From positions 32,001-96,000 of the IMG/VR virus record IMGVR_UViG_3300023179_000029: a DNA stretch of 64,000 bases. One strand, 5' to 3'. The translations under genes and the position numbers were made by a program. The notes below the pieces were generated by a model that did not search any database, had not been told where the DNA came from, and worked only from the letters and a program-made list of their open reading frames with translations. Positions 7,681 through 17,134 of this stretch are shown in pieces (positions within the stretch are counted from its first letter, which is position 1; the number at the start of each line of letters is the position of its first letter). The stretch comes from a virus.

Positions 7681-10545
7681 ATTATTATTCCAATTATTTT
7701 CTGTGTCAGCCTTTGGATATACAACGGTGTTATAAACAAAATCTCGGTTATGATTATCGGTGCCTGTTAAAACAACATGCATAAAACCATTTTGACCACC
7801 GCCGCCATCGTATTTATAATAGTGAGAAGTTTGTATAACTCCATTAATAGGCTGTTGAGCTTGATAACCCGCCGCAGTTGTTGCAAAAGCGCCCCTTGTT
7901 ACATTTTTAAATGTGACAATTAGATCTTGATTATCAATTTTTAACCAATTGGAAGAATTTTGATTAGGAGTCGTTGTTGTGGCGGCATGAGCTTGTATTG
8001 ACACGTATGGAACATTTTTATAAATTGCTAATTCGCCAACCGAAGTACCTGCGTAATGATTCGCTGCAATTGTTTCTTGTTGACCTCTTGTGCAAGTCAA
8101 AGTCGTTAAAGTTGGCCCCGGAGTCCAAAAAGAAACATTTGAAGTGGTGCTGTTAACGGCTTTATTTAAAGTTAATTGCTGCCCATTTAAAATTTTATAA
8201 TTTTTATAAATTGGAAGCGCACCACCAGTAGAGCTTGTTAAATCAGAACCCAATGTTACTTCAACCATAACATTGGCATTTTTAGTTACAACTCCGTTAG
8301 ATCCGGTAACACCGTCAGTCAAAGGATCCATTGTACTAGGGTTGCTGGTTTTTCCAACTACATTAAATTGATTAATTATAGTTTGTCCATCTATGATTTG
8401 ACTTACAATCGCAGTTACTGTAAATGTACCATTATACGCGGCAATTCTTGCATCAGAAATTGTAACAATATCATTAACAGCTAAAGTATGATTATCTGTT
8501 GTATATATACTGTACGTAGTTCCTGAGGCCGTTGCGTAAACAATGTCAAATGATGGAGTTAAACCGTCATATTTTATTTTAAATGATTTTGACAAAGAAG
8601 TTGTCGACCCAGATTGTGTACAAACGGCAGTTATCGTATTTGCGTTTGTATATCCCGTAATTGTAAATACTGCCGTGTTTGCTGTTAAAGTTCCATTAAT
8701 AATTTCTTTTGTTTTAAATGCATTTCCGGTTGTATATAAAGTATAAGTGTTGTTTTTTAGAAAAGTAAGCTCGGTTGTTAAAGTGGCGCCCGTACTGGTT
8801 GTTAAAGTACCAATAATGACCGGTTGCCCCACATCTGTTACTTGATAAGAATTAGACGTTATATAGTCTCCTATTTCAATATTATGAGGAGCAGACGTAT
8901 AATAAAAATTTTTATAAACAGCGGGAGCTGCTTCAGATAAAATAGAATTTATAAAACTCCAATTATTATTCAATGATTTATTTGTATCAATTGTAAGTTG
9001 ATTTCTTGAAGAATCATAAGCAGTAATTTTTGCAGATGTTTGATCAGAAAATACAATTGTTTTATTAACCATATTTGAATTAAAAGCGGTCATAAAACCA
9101 GACACCGTTGTTCCATTGCAAGCAATTAAACCATCATTATAAATATTTTGTTTAATATTTGATATATAAGTTTCAGTTGGTATCACAGTATTTGATGCAT
9201 CTTTAATTTGCGAACCAATTTTAAAACTTCCTGAAGTTTCTATTACGTTATTAGCGGTTAAACATTTAACCGATGCATTTGCAGCGTGTACTGCGGGGAT
9301 TGTATTATTTGCTCCTCTAGTTAAATTGATTAATTTATTTCCAGCAGTAATAAGAGTGCCATCAACTAATTTTTCAATTGTCACTCCATTAGTTGAAAGC
9401 GGTGGCTCTATACCCACCGGATCAGGAAGTTTACTAATCCAATTAATTTGCGTTAAAACTATAACTGTATTTAAAATATTATTGGTAACTTGATACCATC
9501 CATTCCATATTTCCGACCCGGTTCCGGTTGCTGATCCAAAATTGCTTAATTTTAATATTGTGCCCAAAGGATAATTGGTTGCAGGTGAATCCAAGTTTTC
9601 AACCAGAAGATTTCCAAAGCCACTACCGGTTTCTGAAAGAGTAAAGGCATCCGAGATTGTTACAACAAAGTAATCGTAATTTATCTGTTCATTATCAATT
9701 AAAACAGTTCCTGATGGCGGCAAAGTAACGTTGCTGCTCAATGTTAAAAATTGGTCTGCATCAGTTTCGGTAGCGCGATCATCGGTAATAGGAGCAATGA
9801 GTGCGCTTGACAAAGCAACAGTTGGATTATAAAAATTACCAGTGCCAGTAGCAGGCCTATTATCGGTATCAGGATTACTAGTTGTTTTTGTATAAGACAT
9901 TACCTCTTTGTCAACAACAAGATATCCAGAACTAGAAAATTTGTCTGCGTTAGTTCCTAATTCTTTAATTTGAATTGTTGTGTCAGTTTTTGAAACATCC
10001 TTGTACAAAGTTCCGTAACCATAAGATTTGGTCGATGACCAAACGGGAGTAGTCAAATTAATATTCATTTGTGAATAATTAACGTACTCATCTCCCTGCG
10101 ATCCGTTTATTAAAAGCGTTCCGACACTAGGAATTTTTATAAAATCACCATTTAAATCTAATTTTGCTTTAATTTCTGTATCTGTGCTTGATAAATTTTG
10201 ATTAAGAATCAAATTTTCTGGTCCGGAGCCTTCAATATATTCTCCGTCTCCAAATTTTAATTGCCATTTAACAATTTTGTTTGTTTTATTAGAATTAAAA
10301 GAAATAAGATAATTTACCCTGCATAAAGTTGGGTCAGTAAATGTTAAATCAAATTTTGGAACAAAATAATAATCACCAAATTGTGAATTTCTAAAAGTTG
10401 GAGTACTACGAGAGGCAATGGTTCCATTATTATCGTAATATTCGTTTAAAGCAATTGAATATTTAGGAAAATTTTTATTTTTGATACTTTTAATTCCTAA
10501 TCGTGGTTGCAAATTAATTAACATTAAATTTTGAATTTTTTTCAT
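7672..10545 (-). CDS. Virion/baseplate-associated protein: PKD-like domain split by nested beta-module insertions
   Basis: 957 aa, N/T/S-rich; WQLKFGDG ... HYYKY...VVLTGTD PKD-like halves at the two ends; last gene of the baseplate operon. Confidence 0.6.
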   Translation of the reverse strand: MKKIQNLMLINLQPRLGIKSIKNKNFPKYSIALNEYYDNNGTIASRSTPTFRNSQFGDYYFVPKFDLTFTDPTLCRVNYLISFNSNKTNKIVKWQLKFGDGEYIEGSGPENLILNQNLSSTDTEIKAKLDLNGDFIKIPSVGTLLINGSQGDEYVNYSQMNINLTTPVWSSTKSYGYGTLYKDVSKTDTTIQIKELGTNADKFSSSGYLVVDKEVMSYTKTTSNPDTDNRPATGTGNFYNPTVALSSALIAPITDDRATETDADQFLTLSSNVTLPPSGTVLIDNEQINYDYFVVTISDAFTLSETGSGFGNLLVENLDSPATNYPLGTILKLSNFGSATGTGSEIWNGWYQVTNNILNTVIVLTQINWISKLPDPVGIEPPLSTNGVTIEKLVDGTLITAGNKLINLTRGANNTIPAVHAANASVKCLTANNVIETSGSFKIGSQIKDASNTVIPTETYISNIKQNIYNDGLIACNGTTVSGFMTAFNSNMVNKTIVFSDQTSAKITAYDSSRNQLTIDTNKSLNNNWSFINSILSEAAPAVYKNFYYTSAPHNIEIGDYITSNSYQVTDVGQPVIIGTLTTSTGATLTTELTFLKNNTYTLYTTGNAFKTKEIINGTLTANTAVFTITGYTNANTITAVCTQSGSTTSLSKSFKIKYDGLTPSFDIVYATASGTTYSIYTTDNHTLAVNDIVTISDARIAAYNGTFTVTAIVSQIIDGQTIINQFNVVGKTSNPSTMDPLTDGVTGSNGVVTKNANVMVEVTLGSDLTSSTGGALPIYKNYKILNGQQLTLNKAVNSTTSNVSFWTPGPTLTTLTCTRGQQETIAANHYAGTSVGELAIYKNVPYVSIQAHAATTTTPNQNSSNWLKIDNQDLIVTFKNVTRGAFATTAAGYQAQQPINGVIQTSHYYKYDGGGGQNGFMHVVLTGTDNHNRDFVYNTVVYPKADTENNWNNNLT

Positions 10546-13322
10546 AGTTCATCTCTCCAAACAAAGTTGCCCAAGGTTGCATAAACGGGTAACGTTTTAA
10601 CGCTGTCTATAGAAGCGTAATGACTTTTAGCCCTTGCTCTAAATTGTAAATCAATATTTTTTTGATTAAAAATCACTCCATCGTTAATTTTATTTATTGT
10701 ATTTTCAAGATCTATCCAATTTTCTGAATCATAATTGATTAATGAACTTGAATCAGAGCGCATTTCCCAACTAATTAATCTTTTTTTAATTGATAAGTGA
10801 TTTATCCACCATTGGGTTTCATTTTTAGTGTAAGGTAATAAAATAGCCAATTTATAATTACCACATATAAAATCATTAGATTTAAAATAAACATTTACAT
10901 TATGCCAAGAATTTGTTTTATAATAACTTGGAATTAAAGAATGTGTCAATTTATTTTGAGAATTAATTAAAACAAATTGCAATTCATTTGTTGGAGACCA
11001 AAGATTTAAATTGATATATATATCTTGAACATCTTCAATATAAAATTCATTAGTAACTATACCTTTTACAAAAGAATTAGCGGATAAATAAGTTTTAGTG
11101 CTAATGGTATTGTTGTATTTTTCTTTATCTTCTGAAATTACGCTGTTATTATAACTAGATAAACTTTTAATTAATTCAATATTTTCTGAATAATCCGCAA
11201 ACAATCTTGCGCCTTTAACCGGGGTTCTGCTACGCATGGGCCTTGTCTTATATTCGCCGTAAACTAACCCTCTAGATTTAATTGAATTGATATAAGAATC
11301 TCCGTCTATTAAGGACGCCGACCAACCAATTCGGCTTCGCGATCTAGAAAATAATAATGTATTATAAATTTTATCCGTTTTATAAATCAATTTTGGTTGA
11401 TTATACTCGTTATACCTATACAAATAAATTTGTAATGCATCATCTTCTAAAATTGGATTAAAAATAATTTTTTGATTATTTAACAAAATTCCACTAGTTG
11501 CGGTAATTGCCGTTCCTGAAGAAATTGTACCAGTTGCGGCTGCTGACATTGTAACCGTTGTTGTGCCAATAATATTGGCAATTACAGTCCCAGAAGGAAT
11601 ATTTGATGATCCTGACAAACTTGCCCCGACTTTAAAAGTACTTGGAACAGAACTAAATGATAAAGTTTTAGAACCACTTGAGGTACTAGCACTTGTATTT
11701 GCCGCCGTAGATGTAAAAGTTGGAATTGTAAAACTATATAAAGCAGTTGATCCAGAATATGAATCTGATATTTCAATTGATCCAGCGTAACTTGTTGGAG
11801 AACTGCTGGCATTTTTATACCAATTAAAATTAATTTTTAAATAATCAATTTTATTTGAATTAATAATTTGCATTAATTCGTTTTGATTTTTTGCATCAAG
11901 CGCGCTTTGATTTAATAAATTTAAATCTTTTTGAGTTAAATTAATATAGTAATTGTCAAGCGTTTCTAAATTTTGACCAGCAGAGGTTAAATAACCTTGA
12001 TTGAAACTTGTTGGAATTGTTGCAGTAATTGATGTGTTTGAAGAGATGGTTGCAGTTGCAGGTAGAGACATGATTACTTGGTTACCTGTAACATAACTAA
12101 TTGTTGCGCCAGTCGGAACATTCGTTCCGGCAAGTGAAGCACCAACTACAAAATTTGTACCCGGAGCGCTTGCAAAATTCAAAGTACTTGAGCCAATTGC
12201 AGTTGCATTATTAGTATTTGCAGTTGTTGAAACCCCTGTACTTGGACCACCAAGATTCATTTGAGTAATTTTTTTATTATTTAAATTAAAATAAAATGCA
12301 AATTGGTTTGAATTAGCGCCGGTAGTACCGGTTTGACTTAAAGTTACGTCGCCCAATTCAATTTCAGCCGCAATCGAACCATTTAAAATTTTAGGATCAT
12401 AAGAAGTAAATAATTTATCAAAACTTCTTACAAAAACAGAATTATTATTTAATAAATCTGTACTAGGAAATGCAGCAAAATTATTTGGAAGAGTTTTTGC
12501 TATTTTATTATTAATAGTATTAATATCTAATTGGTAATTGCGCCAATCCGCGCTAACGGCACGTATACTTGCACATTGAAAATTGCAACTGCCAGTTGCC
12601 GTAATTCTAAATCTTACAGCAGTAATCGCAGAAAGGTCGCAATTTTTTAAAGTTAAATTATTTAAATCTGAAATCAAACATTTAAATTCATAATTACCAG
12701 AAGATCCAGTAATTGCAGATACTCGGCCAGTAAAAGGAATCGATGTTGTTTTATCATCTGCAAATGAGCCAGTTGCATCTGACGAAATATCTAAATAAGA
12801 AGTACTTGCAGTAATGCTTGAATTAGGGTAATTTGGAAAAGTGGCAATAATATAATCAGTTGAAGCAAAATTTGAAATATCAATTATATTTGAAGATAAA
12901 ATCGATGTTGCACTTTTTGTTCCAGACGCGCATGTTAAATTGATACCATAGAACCCATTTAATACTTTGTCATTTAGAACAGTTGAATCGCTACTAGTCC
13001 AATTTTCATTTGTTGTAGACCCAATTGATTGAACGCTACCTGATCCAGAGTTTAAAGTTCTTCCGCTTAAATAATAAACCGCATCTGTTGATGTACCAAC
13101 TTTATATTGATACAAATCATAAACAGAAATGCTATTTGTTGAAGATTTATAGAAAGATCGGATGTCTGTATGCTTTTGTAAAATTAAACGATCTGCTTGG
13201 GCAACATCATACATTGTATAATTATTCCAAAGTCCATTGTTATCTGAAAAATCATCAGAAATAGAGTCTTTGTAAATTTTTTCTAATTCTTCAAATGTGT
13301 TATAAGTCATTTTGCTTTCCAA
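10542..13322 (-). CDS. Virion/baseplate structural protein with a duplicated ~70-aa beta module
   Basis: 926 aa; two copies of GSxTLxFxSxP..FxVGASLxG..(V/I)PxG..I....MS..AT.TISS.TxITAT. Confidence 0.6.
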   Translation of the reverse strand: MESKMTYNTFEELEKIYKDSISDDFSDNNGLWNNYTMYDVAQADRLILQKHTDIRSFYKSSTNSISVYDLYQYKVGTSTDAVYYLSGRTLNSGSGSVQSIGSTTNENWTSSDSTVLNDKVLNGFYGINLTCASGTKSATSILSSNIIDISNFASTDYIIATFPNYPNSSITASTSYLDISSDATGSFADDKTTSIPFTGRVSAITGSSGNYEFKCLISDLNNLTLKNCDLSAITAVRFRITATGSCNFQCASIRAVSADWRNYQLDINTINNKIAKTLPNNFAAFPSTDLLNNNSVFVRSFDKLFTSYDPKILNGSIAAEIELGDVTLSQTGTTGANSNQFAFYFNLNNKKITQMNLGGPSTGVSTTANTNNATAIGSSTLNFASAPGTNFVVGASLAGTNVPTGATISYVTGNQVIMSLPATATISSNTSITATIPTSFNQGYLTSAGQNLETLDNYYINLTQKDLNLLNQSALDAKNQNELMQIINSNKIDYLKINFNWYKNASSSPTSYAGSIEISDSYSGSTALYSFTIPTFTSTAANTSASTSSGSKTLSFSSVPSTFKVGASLSGSSNIPSGTVIANIIGTTTVTMSAAATGTISSGTAITATSGILLNNQKIIFNPILEDDALQIYLYRYNEYNQPKLIYKTDKIYNTLLFSRSRSRIGWSASLIDGDSYINSIKSRGLVYGEYKTRPMRSRTPVKGARLFADYSENIELIKSLSSYNNSVISEDKEKYNNTISTKTYLSANSFVKGIVTNEFYIEDVQDIYINLNLWSPTNELQFVLINSQNKLTHSLIPSYYKTNSWHNVNVYFKSNDFICGNYKLAILLPYTKNETQWWINHLSIKKRLISWEMRSDSSSLINYDSENWIDLENTINKINDGVIFNQKNIDLQFRARAKSHYASIDSVKTLPVYATLGNFVWRDEL

Positions 13323-15115
13323 GATTCGTTAATTAAAACAAAATCATTGTGTTCAACATTTAACGATCCTTCGCCTATGCCATAAGTATACATTGCAGAA
13401 TCAGAAACAGAAACATGATTTGTTCTTTGAAATGCTATTTTATTAATTCCAACAAAATACGCCTTATTGTCTTCAAATTTTGCCAAAGCCTCTCTATATT
13501 GATGGCGGCATTTGATATAAAAAGACATAATCGGAAAATGTTTTTCAAATAATACGGAATCCCTGTCTAATGTTGATACAAGCATGGGATTCGCAACTGC
13601 TTTAGATGTTTGTTCAATCGGATAATTTTCAGCAGTCATAATTTTATAGCCAGTAACATTCATTCCTAAAGTAGTTGAAGCCAGTTGGTTAGCTGCTTTG
13701 CCAACAGTGGTATCCGTGTTTGCATTTGATGCAGGGTGAGAACCAAAGCGACTCAAAGATGTTTGAATTTGACTCAAAGTAGCCGAGTCAATTAATTGAG
13801 AATTATAATTATTTTTATCGGTAATAATTCCTAAAAGATCAGATTGATTTTTATCAAAATTATTAATTTCAATGGGTCCATTTGAAGTTTGTATGATGTC
13901 ACCTTTATAATAATTAAAAGCTAAATCATAAACGTCAAAATCGATTGTTGATTCGCCTTTAACAAATGGATCATATGTTTTATTACGTTCTGATTCATAA
14001 TCTGCAATAAAATAATCAAAAACCCATTGGGGGTATTTTTGATAAAGTATTGCCTTTTGAAAAGATCCTGCTGAATAGTACTGCTGTTGAAGATGAGAAA
14101 ATTCAATTTTAATAAATTTTGCAAAAACAGGCTCGGGAAAAACATAATTTTGACGTTTAGTAATTTTATAATTTCTTGGAATTCTAGTCCAAAGTAAATT
14201 GTCCCAAGATTGTCTGTCGATGCCGGGGCCGTTTTTGTCGTTAGAATAATAAACATTGCAATAGACATTTGGAGTAATGGGATCAATAAATACAGAATCA
14301 ATAGAGGTCGGAGCGTCATTTTTACTAACATCGAAATACAAACTTTCAACCGCAAATTTTGAAGGGTTTGGTTTAGATAACCAATATTCATCATCCTTTA
14401 ATGAAGTTACATTTGATGGATTTGCAACATAAATTGAAGAACGAATTTTATTATCAAAAGCATCATTTTTATCATCAACTGTTGATGATAAAATTCTAAA
14501 ACAAAAAGAAGCAGATTGATTCAATGGAGTAAATGCATTTACTCCATCAACTAATAAAGCTTTTCCATTGTTTAATGGATTGGGAGATTGATAATATAAT
14601 TTAGTAATATTGGAATTGCAAAAGATTCTAAATCTAAATTTGTTTATCAACCAATCTGAATTTAATGAAATTGGAGTAAATTTAATATTAAACCAATTAT
14701 TTTCGCTACTTGTATTAACATAGTTTCTAAATTCATTTTCAATAAATAATTGCTCTGTGCCGCTAGCAAGATTAACCCAACCACATTTTGCTGGATCATA
14801 ACGATCAAGGTAATACGTAATCGCAGCGGTATCATTTGATCCTATTAAATTATTAATAGATGAAACAAAAATTTGCAATCCATTTAATTCTGGAATAATT
14901 TGATCACTTCTGATATAATCAGAAGGAAGCATAAATTCTTGACAAGCTGAAATTAAACCATTTGTTGAAGAAATGTAATTATTTAATTGATTTTGACTTG
15001 TTGCAATGCCGCTTAATTTAATACTTGCAGTAGTTGGAGCACCCGTTGTAACGGGCACAGTGACAAGGCTGTGACCAACGCTAAATAAGCTAGCAGATCT
15101 TGAATAGCTAGACAT
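13307..15115 (-). CDS. Baseplate/minor tail protein
   Basis: 602 aa; discoidin-like segment YWLSKPNPSKFAVESLYFD...AKFIKIEF; operon context. Confidence 0.6.
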   Translation of the reverse strand: MSSYSRSASLFSVGHSLVTVPVTTGAPTTASIKLSGIATSQNQLNNYISSTNGLISACQEFMLPSDYIRSDQIIPELNGLQIFVSSINNLIGSNDTAAITYYLDRYDPAKCGWVNLASGTEQLFIENEFRNYVNTSSENNWFNIKFTPISLNSDWLINKFRFRIFCNSNITKLYYQSPNPLNNGKALLVDGVNAFTPLNQSASFCFRILSSTVDDKNDAFDNKIRSSIYVANPSNVTSLKDDEYWLSKPNPSKFAVESLYFDVSKNDAPTSIDSVFIDPITPNVYCNVYYSNDKNGPGIDRQSWDNLLWTRIPRNYKITKRQNYVFPEPVFAKFIKIEFSHLQQQYYSAGSFQKAILYQKYPQWVFDYFIADYESERNKTYDPFVKGESTIDFDVYDLAFNYYKGDIIQTSNGPIEINNFDKNQSDLLGIITDKNNYNSQLIDSATLSQIQTSLSRFGSHPASNANTDTTVGKAANQLASTTLGMNVTGYKIMTAENYPIEQTSKAVANPMLVSTLDRDSVLFEKHFPIMSFYIKCRHQYREALAKFEDNKAYFVGINKIAFQRTNHVSVSDSAMYTYGIGEGSLNVEHNDFVLINESWKAK

Positions 15116-17120
15116 TTCGACCTATCCTCAAATTTTTAATTAAAATTGGCCAAGGGTTGTCCGTTCCATCTAATTTTTTAGACAAAAATGAATCGTTTCT
15201 TCTAGTCAATTTAATTCTTAAATACCTAACAAAAGGAATTTGCCCATATTTATCTGTAAAATTATAAGTTAAATAATTCCATGGTAAACTTTTTTCACTA
15301 GGATTGAAATAAAGAGATGTTACAAATAAACTGTTAGCCTCTGGTATAACTGATTTAAAATCTCTTACAGAACCGGCACCAATTTGATCGTATGCAATTT
15401 CAATATCAATAGGTAATTTAAAAATTTGCATAGCAATAAAATTAATTGCTTTGGGAGATCCAAAATCAATTTCTAAATATTCAGACCCCGATGTTCTTTC
15501 TCCAGATGCCCAAAATTTGTAACTATTTGTATATGTATTATTATTTTGAATAATAGAATGTAAGTCGTCAGTTACAGGATACAAATCATTAATGTAGCTT
15601 GCATTGTATTCGTCTGATCTTGAAGTCACATCTAGTGGTTCTGCAAAATCGGCTAAACAATCCTTGGCTGTGTGTATTGTATTTGCATCCACTTTTTGTA
15701 AAAATGGAACATTGATAAACGCATCTGCAAACGCCTTGTTAAATGGACCAATATGTTGAGATGAATATCCGTCATTTGTAGCAATTGCAGAAAAATTAGA
15801 TAAATACGAACTATCATTTAAAGCGTTTTCTGTATAAGCAGCAACTTGAATCGGTGTATGAAAACTTCGATAATGTTGTTTTGACGCGCCTTGTACTTTT
15901 GGAGCCATTTGTTCAACATCTGATTTAATCCAATTTGTTTTACTTACAGATGGCCACGCGATTCTATTACTACCGGTTACATGGTCGATTACTTCATAGT
16001 ATGCGCTACTACTACTGACCTTGCTAACAATTTGATTTTGATAATTACTTTCACCAACAGTGTAACTGCCATAAGAATTTACTGGTTTGATTCGATCAAT
16101 TGCTTCATCAATTAAATGTCGATCATATTGATTAATACCAGCAATTTCATCTGAAGGATTATTAAATTGATAATTTTCAATGTCGACTTCAATTGAATTT
16201 TTTGTATCTAGAGCAGTAAATAATTTACTTATTACATTAAAACTTTGATCTGCTCTATCTGAGTAATTATTAAAAAACTTAATTTCAAATCCTGAAATCA
16301 AAGAACCTTTAACTGAAACATTTCCAGCGCCAATACTCGTAAATTTAATCATTGCATTATAAAAATCAAGTGATGTTATAGTTCCATTTTTTAAAAATAT
16401 TTCTTGAGATTCACCATTAAAATGAATAATAATAGAACCGGTACTAATCGGAGCAGAATTTTTAAAAGAAATTTTTTTATAAATAATTCGACTAATTTCT
16501 TGATTTGGAATCAATGTAAATTCATTCAAATCGTAATTTTTATATGATTTGTTTGTATGATAATTATCTAATCCAATCACATCGTCGCTATGTTGATCAA
16601 ACATATATTGATAATTTTCAATTAGATCTAATTCATAACCAACCGCAGATTTTGCAGCTAATTTGATTCCCTCTGTTGTTCCACCAAGTCTGGCTGCATG
16701 CAAAAAATCCAATACTCTATTTCTATAACTTTCGTCTTTTGCCCTTAAAGTATTCCATTGTTCCCTAGTTAAAACTCCAAAAGGGTCTTCAGAATAATTT
16801 TCATAAAATGGGGTACTTGTAATATTTTTACTAAATTTTAATGGATTAGTATAAAATTTTTCTAATTGATAATTTTGCAAATGAGTTGCTTCTAAAGCCA
16901 GTCTTGCTTCGTAAAAAGTTTTACGCAAAGATCCAACGCCGTTAATTCCCATTAAAGCTTCAAAGAATTTTGAAAGTACAGAATCCGGTGAAGTGTCATA
17001 AACTTCTTCAGGAAACCACCCTTGGTCAATCAACATTTTGACATTTGGAGAGCTTTTATTAGGCTCCACAAAAAATGTTTGATCTATAACCGCGCTATAT
17101 TTAGGATTATCATTTGCCAT
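15108..17120 (-). CDS. Baseplate wedge protein (gpI-like N-terminus, discoidin-like C-terminus)
   Basis: DESYRNRVLDFLHAARLGGTTEGIKLA and IDRIKPVN; follows the baseplate J gene; C-terminal FWAS..EYLEIDFG...RYLRIKL. Confidence 0.7.
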   Translation of the reverse strand: MANDNPKYSAVIDQTFFVEPNKSSPNVKMLIDQGWFPEEVYDTSPDSVLSKFFEALMGINGVGSLRKTFYEARLALEATHLQNYQLEKFYTNPLKFSKNITSTPFYENYSEDPFGVLTREQWNTLRAKDESYRNRVLDFLHAARLGGTTEGIKLAAKSAVGYELDLIENYQYMFDQHSDDVIGLDNYHTNKSYKNYDLNEFTLIPNQEISRIIYKKISFKNSAPISTGSIIIHFNGESQEIFLKNGTITSLDFYNAMIKFTSIGAGNVSVKGSLISGFEIKFFNNYSDRADQSFNVISKLFTALDTKNSIEVDIENYQFNNPSDEIAGINQYDRHLIDEAIDRIKPVNSYGSYTVGESNYQNQIVSKVSSSSAYYEVIDHVTGSNRIAWPSVSKTNWIKSDVEQMAPKVQGASKQHYRSFHTPIQVAAYTENALNDSSYLSNFSAIATNDGYSSQHIGPFNKAFADAFINVPFLQKVDANTIHTAKDCLADFAEPLDVTSRSDEYNASYINDLYPVTDDLHSIIQNNNTYTNSYKFWASGERTSGSEYLEIDFGSPKAINFIAMQIFKLPIDIEIAYDQIGAGSVRDFKSVIPEANSLFVTSLYFNPSEKSLPWNYLTYNFTDKYGQIPFVRYLRIKLTRRNDSFLSKKLDGTDNPWPILIKNLRIGRNV

Positions 17121-17134
17121 TGTTAAATCCTAAT

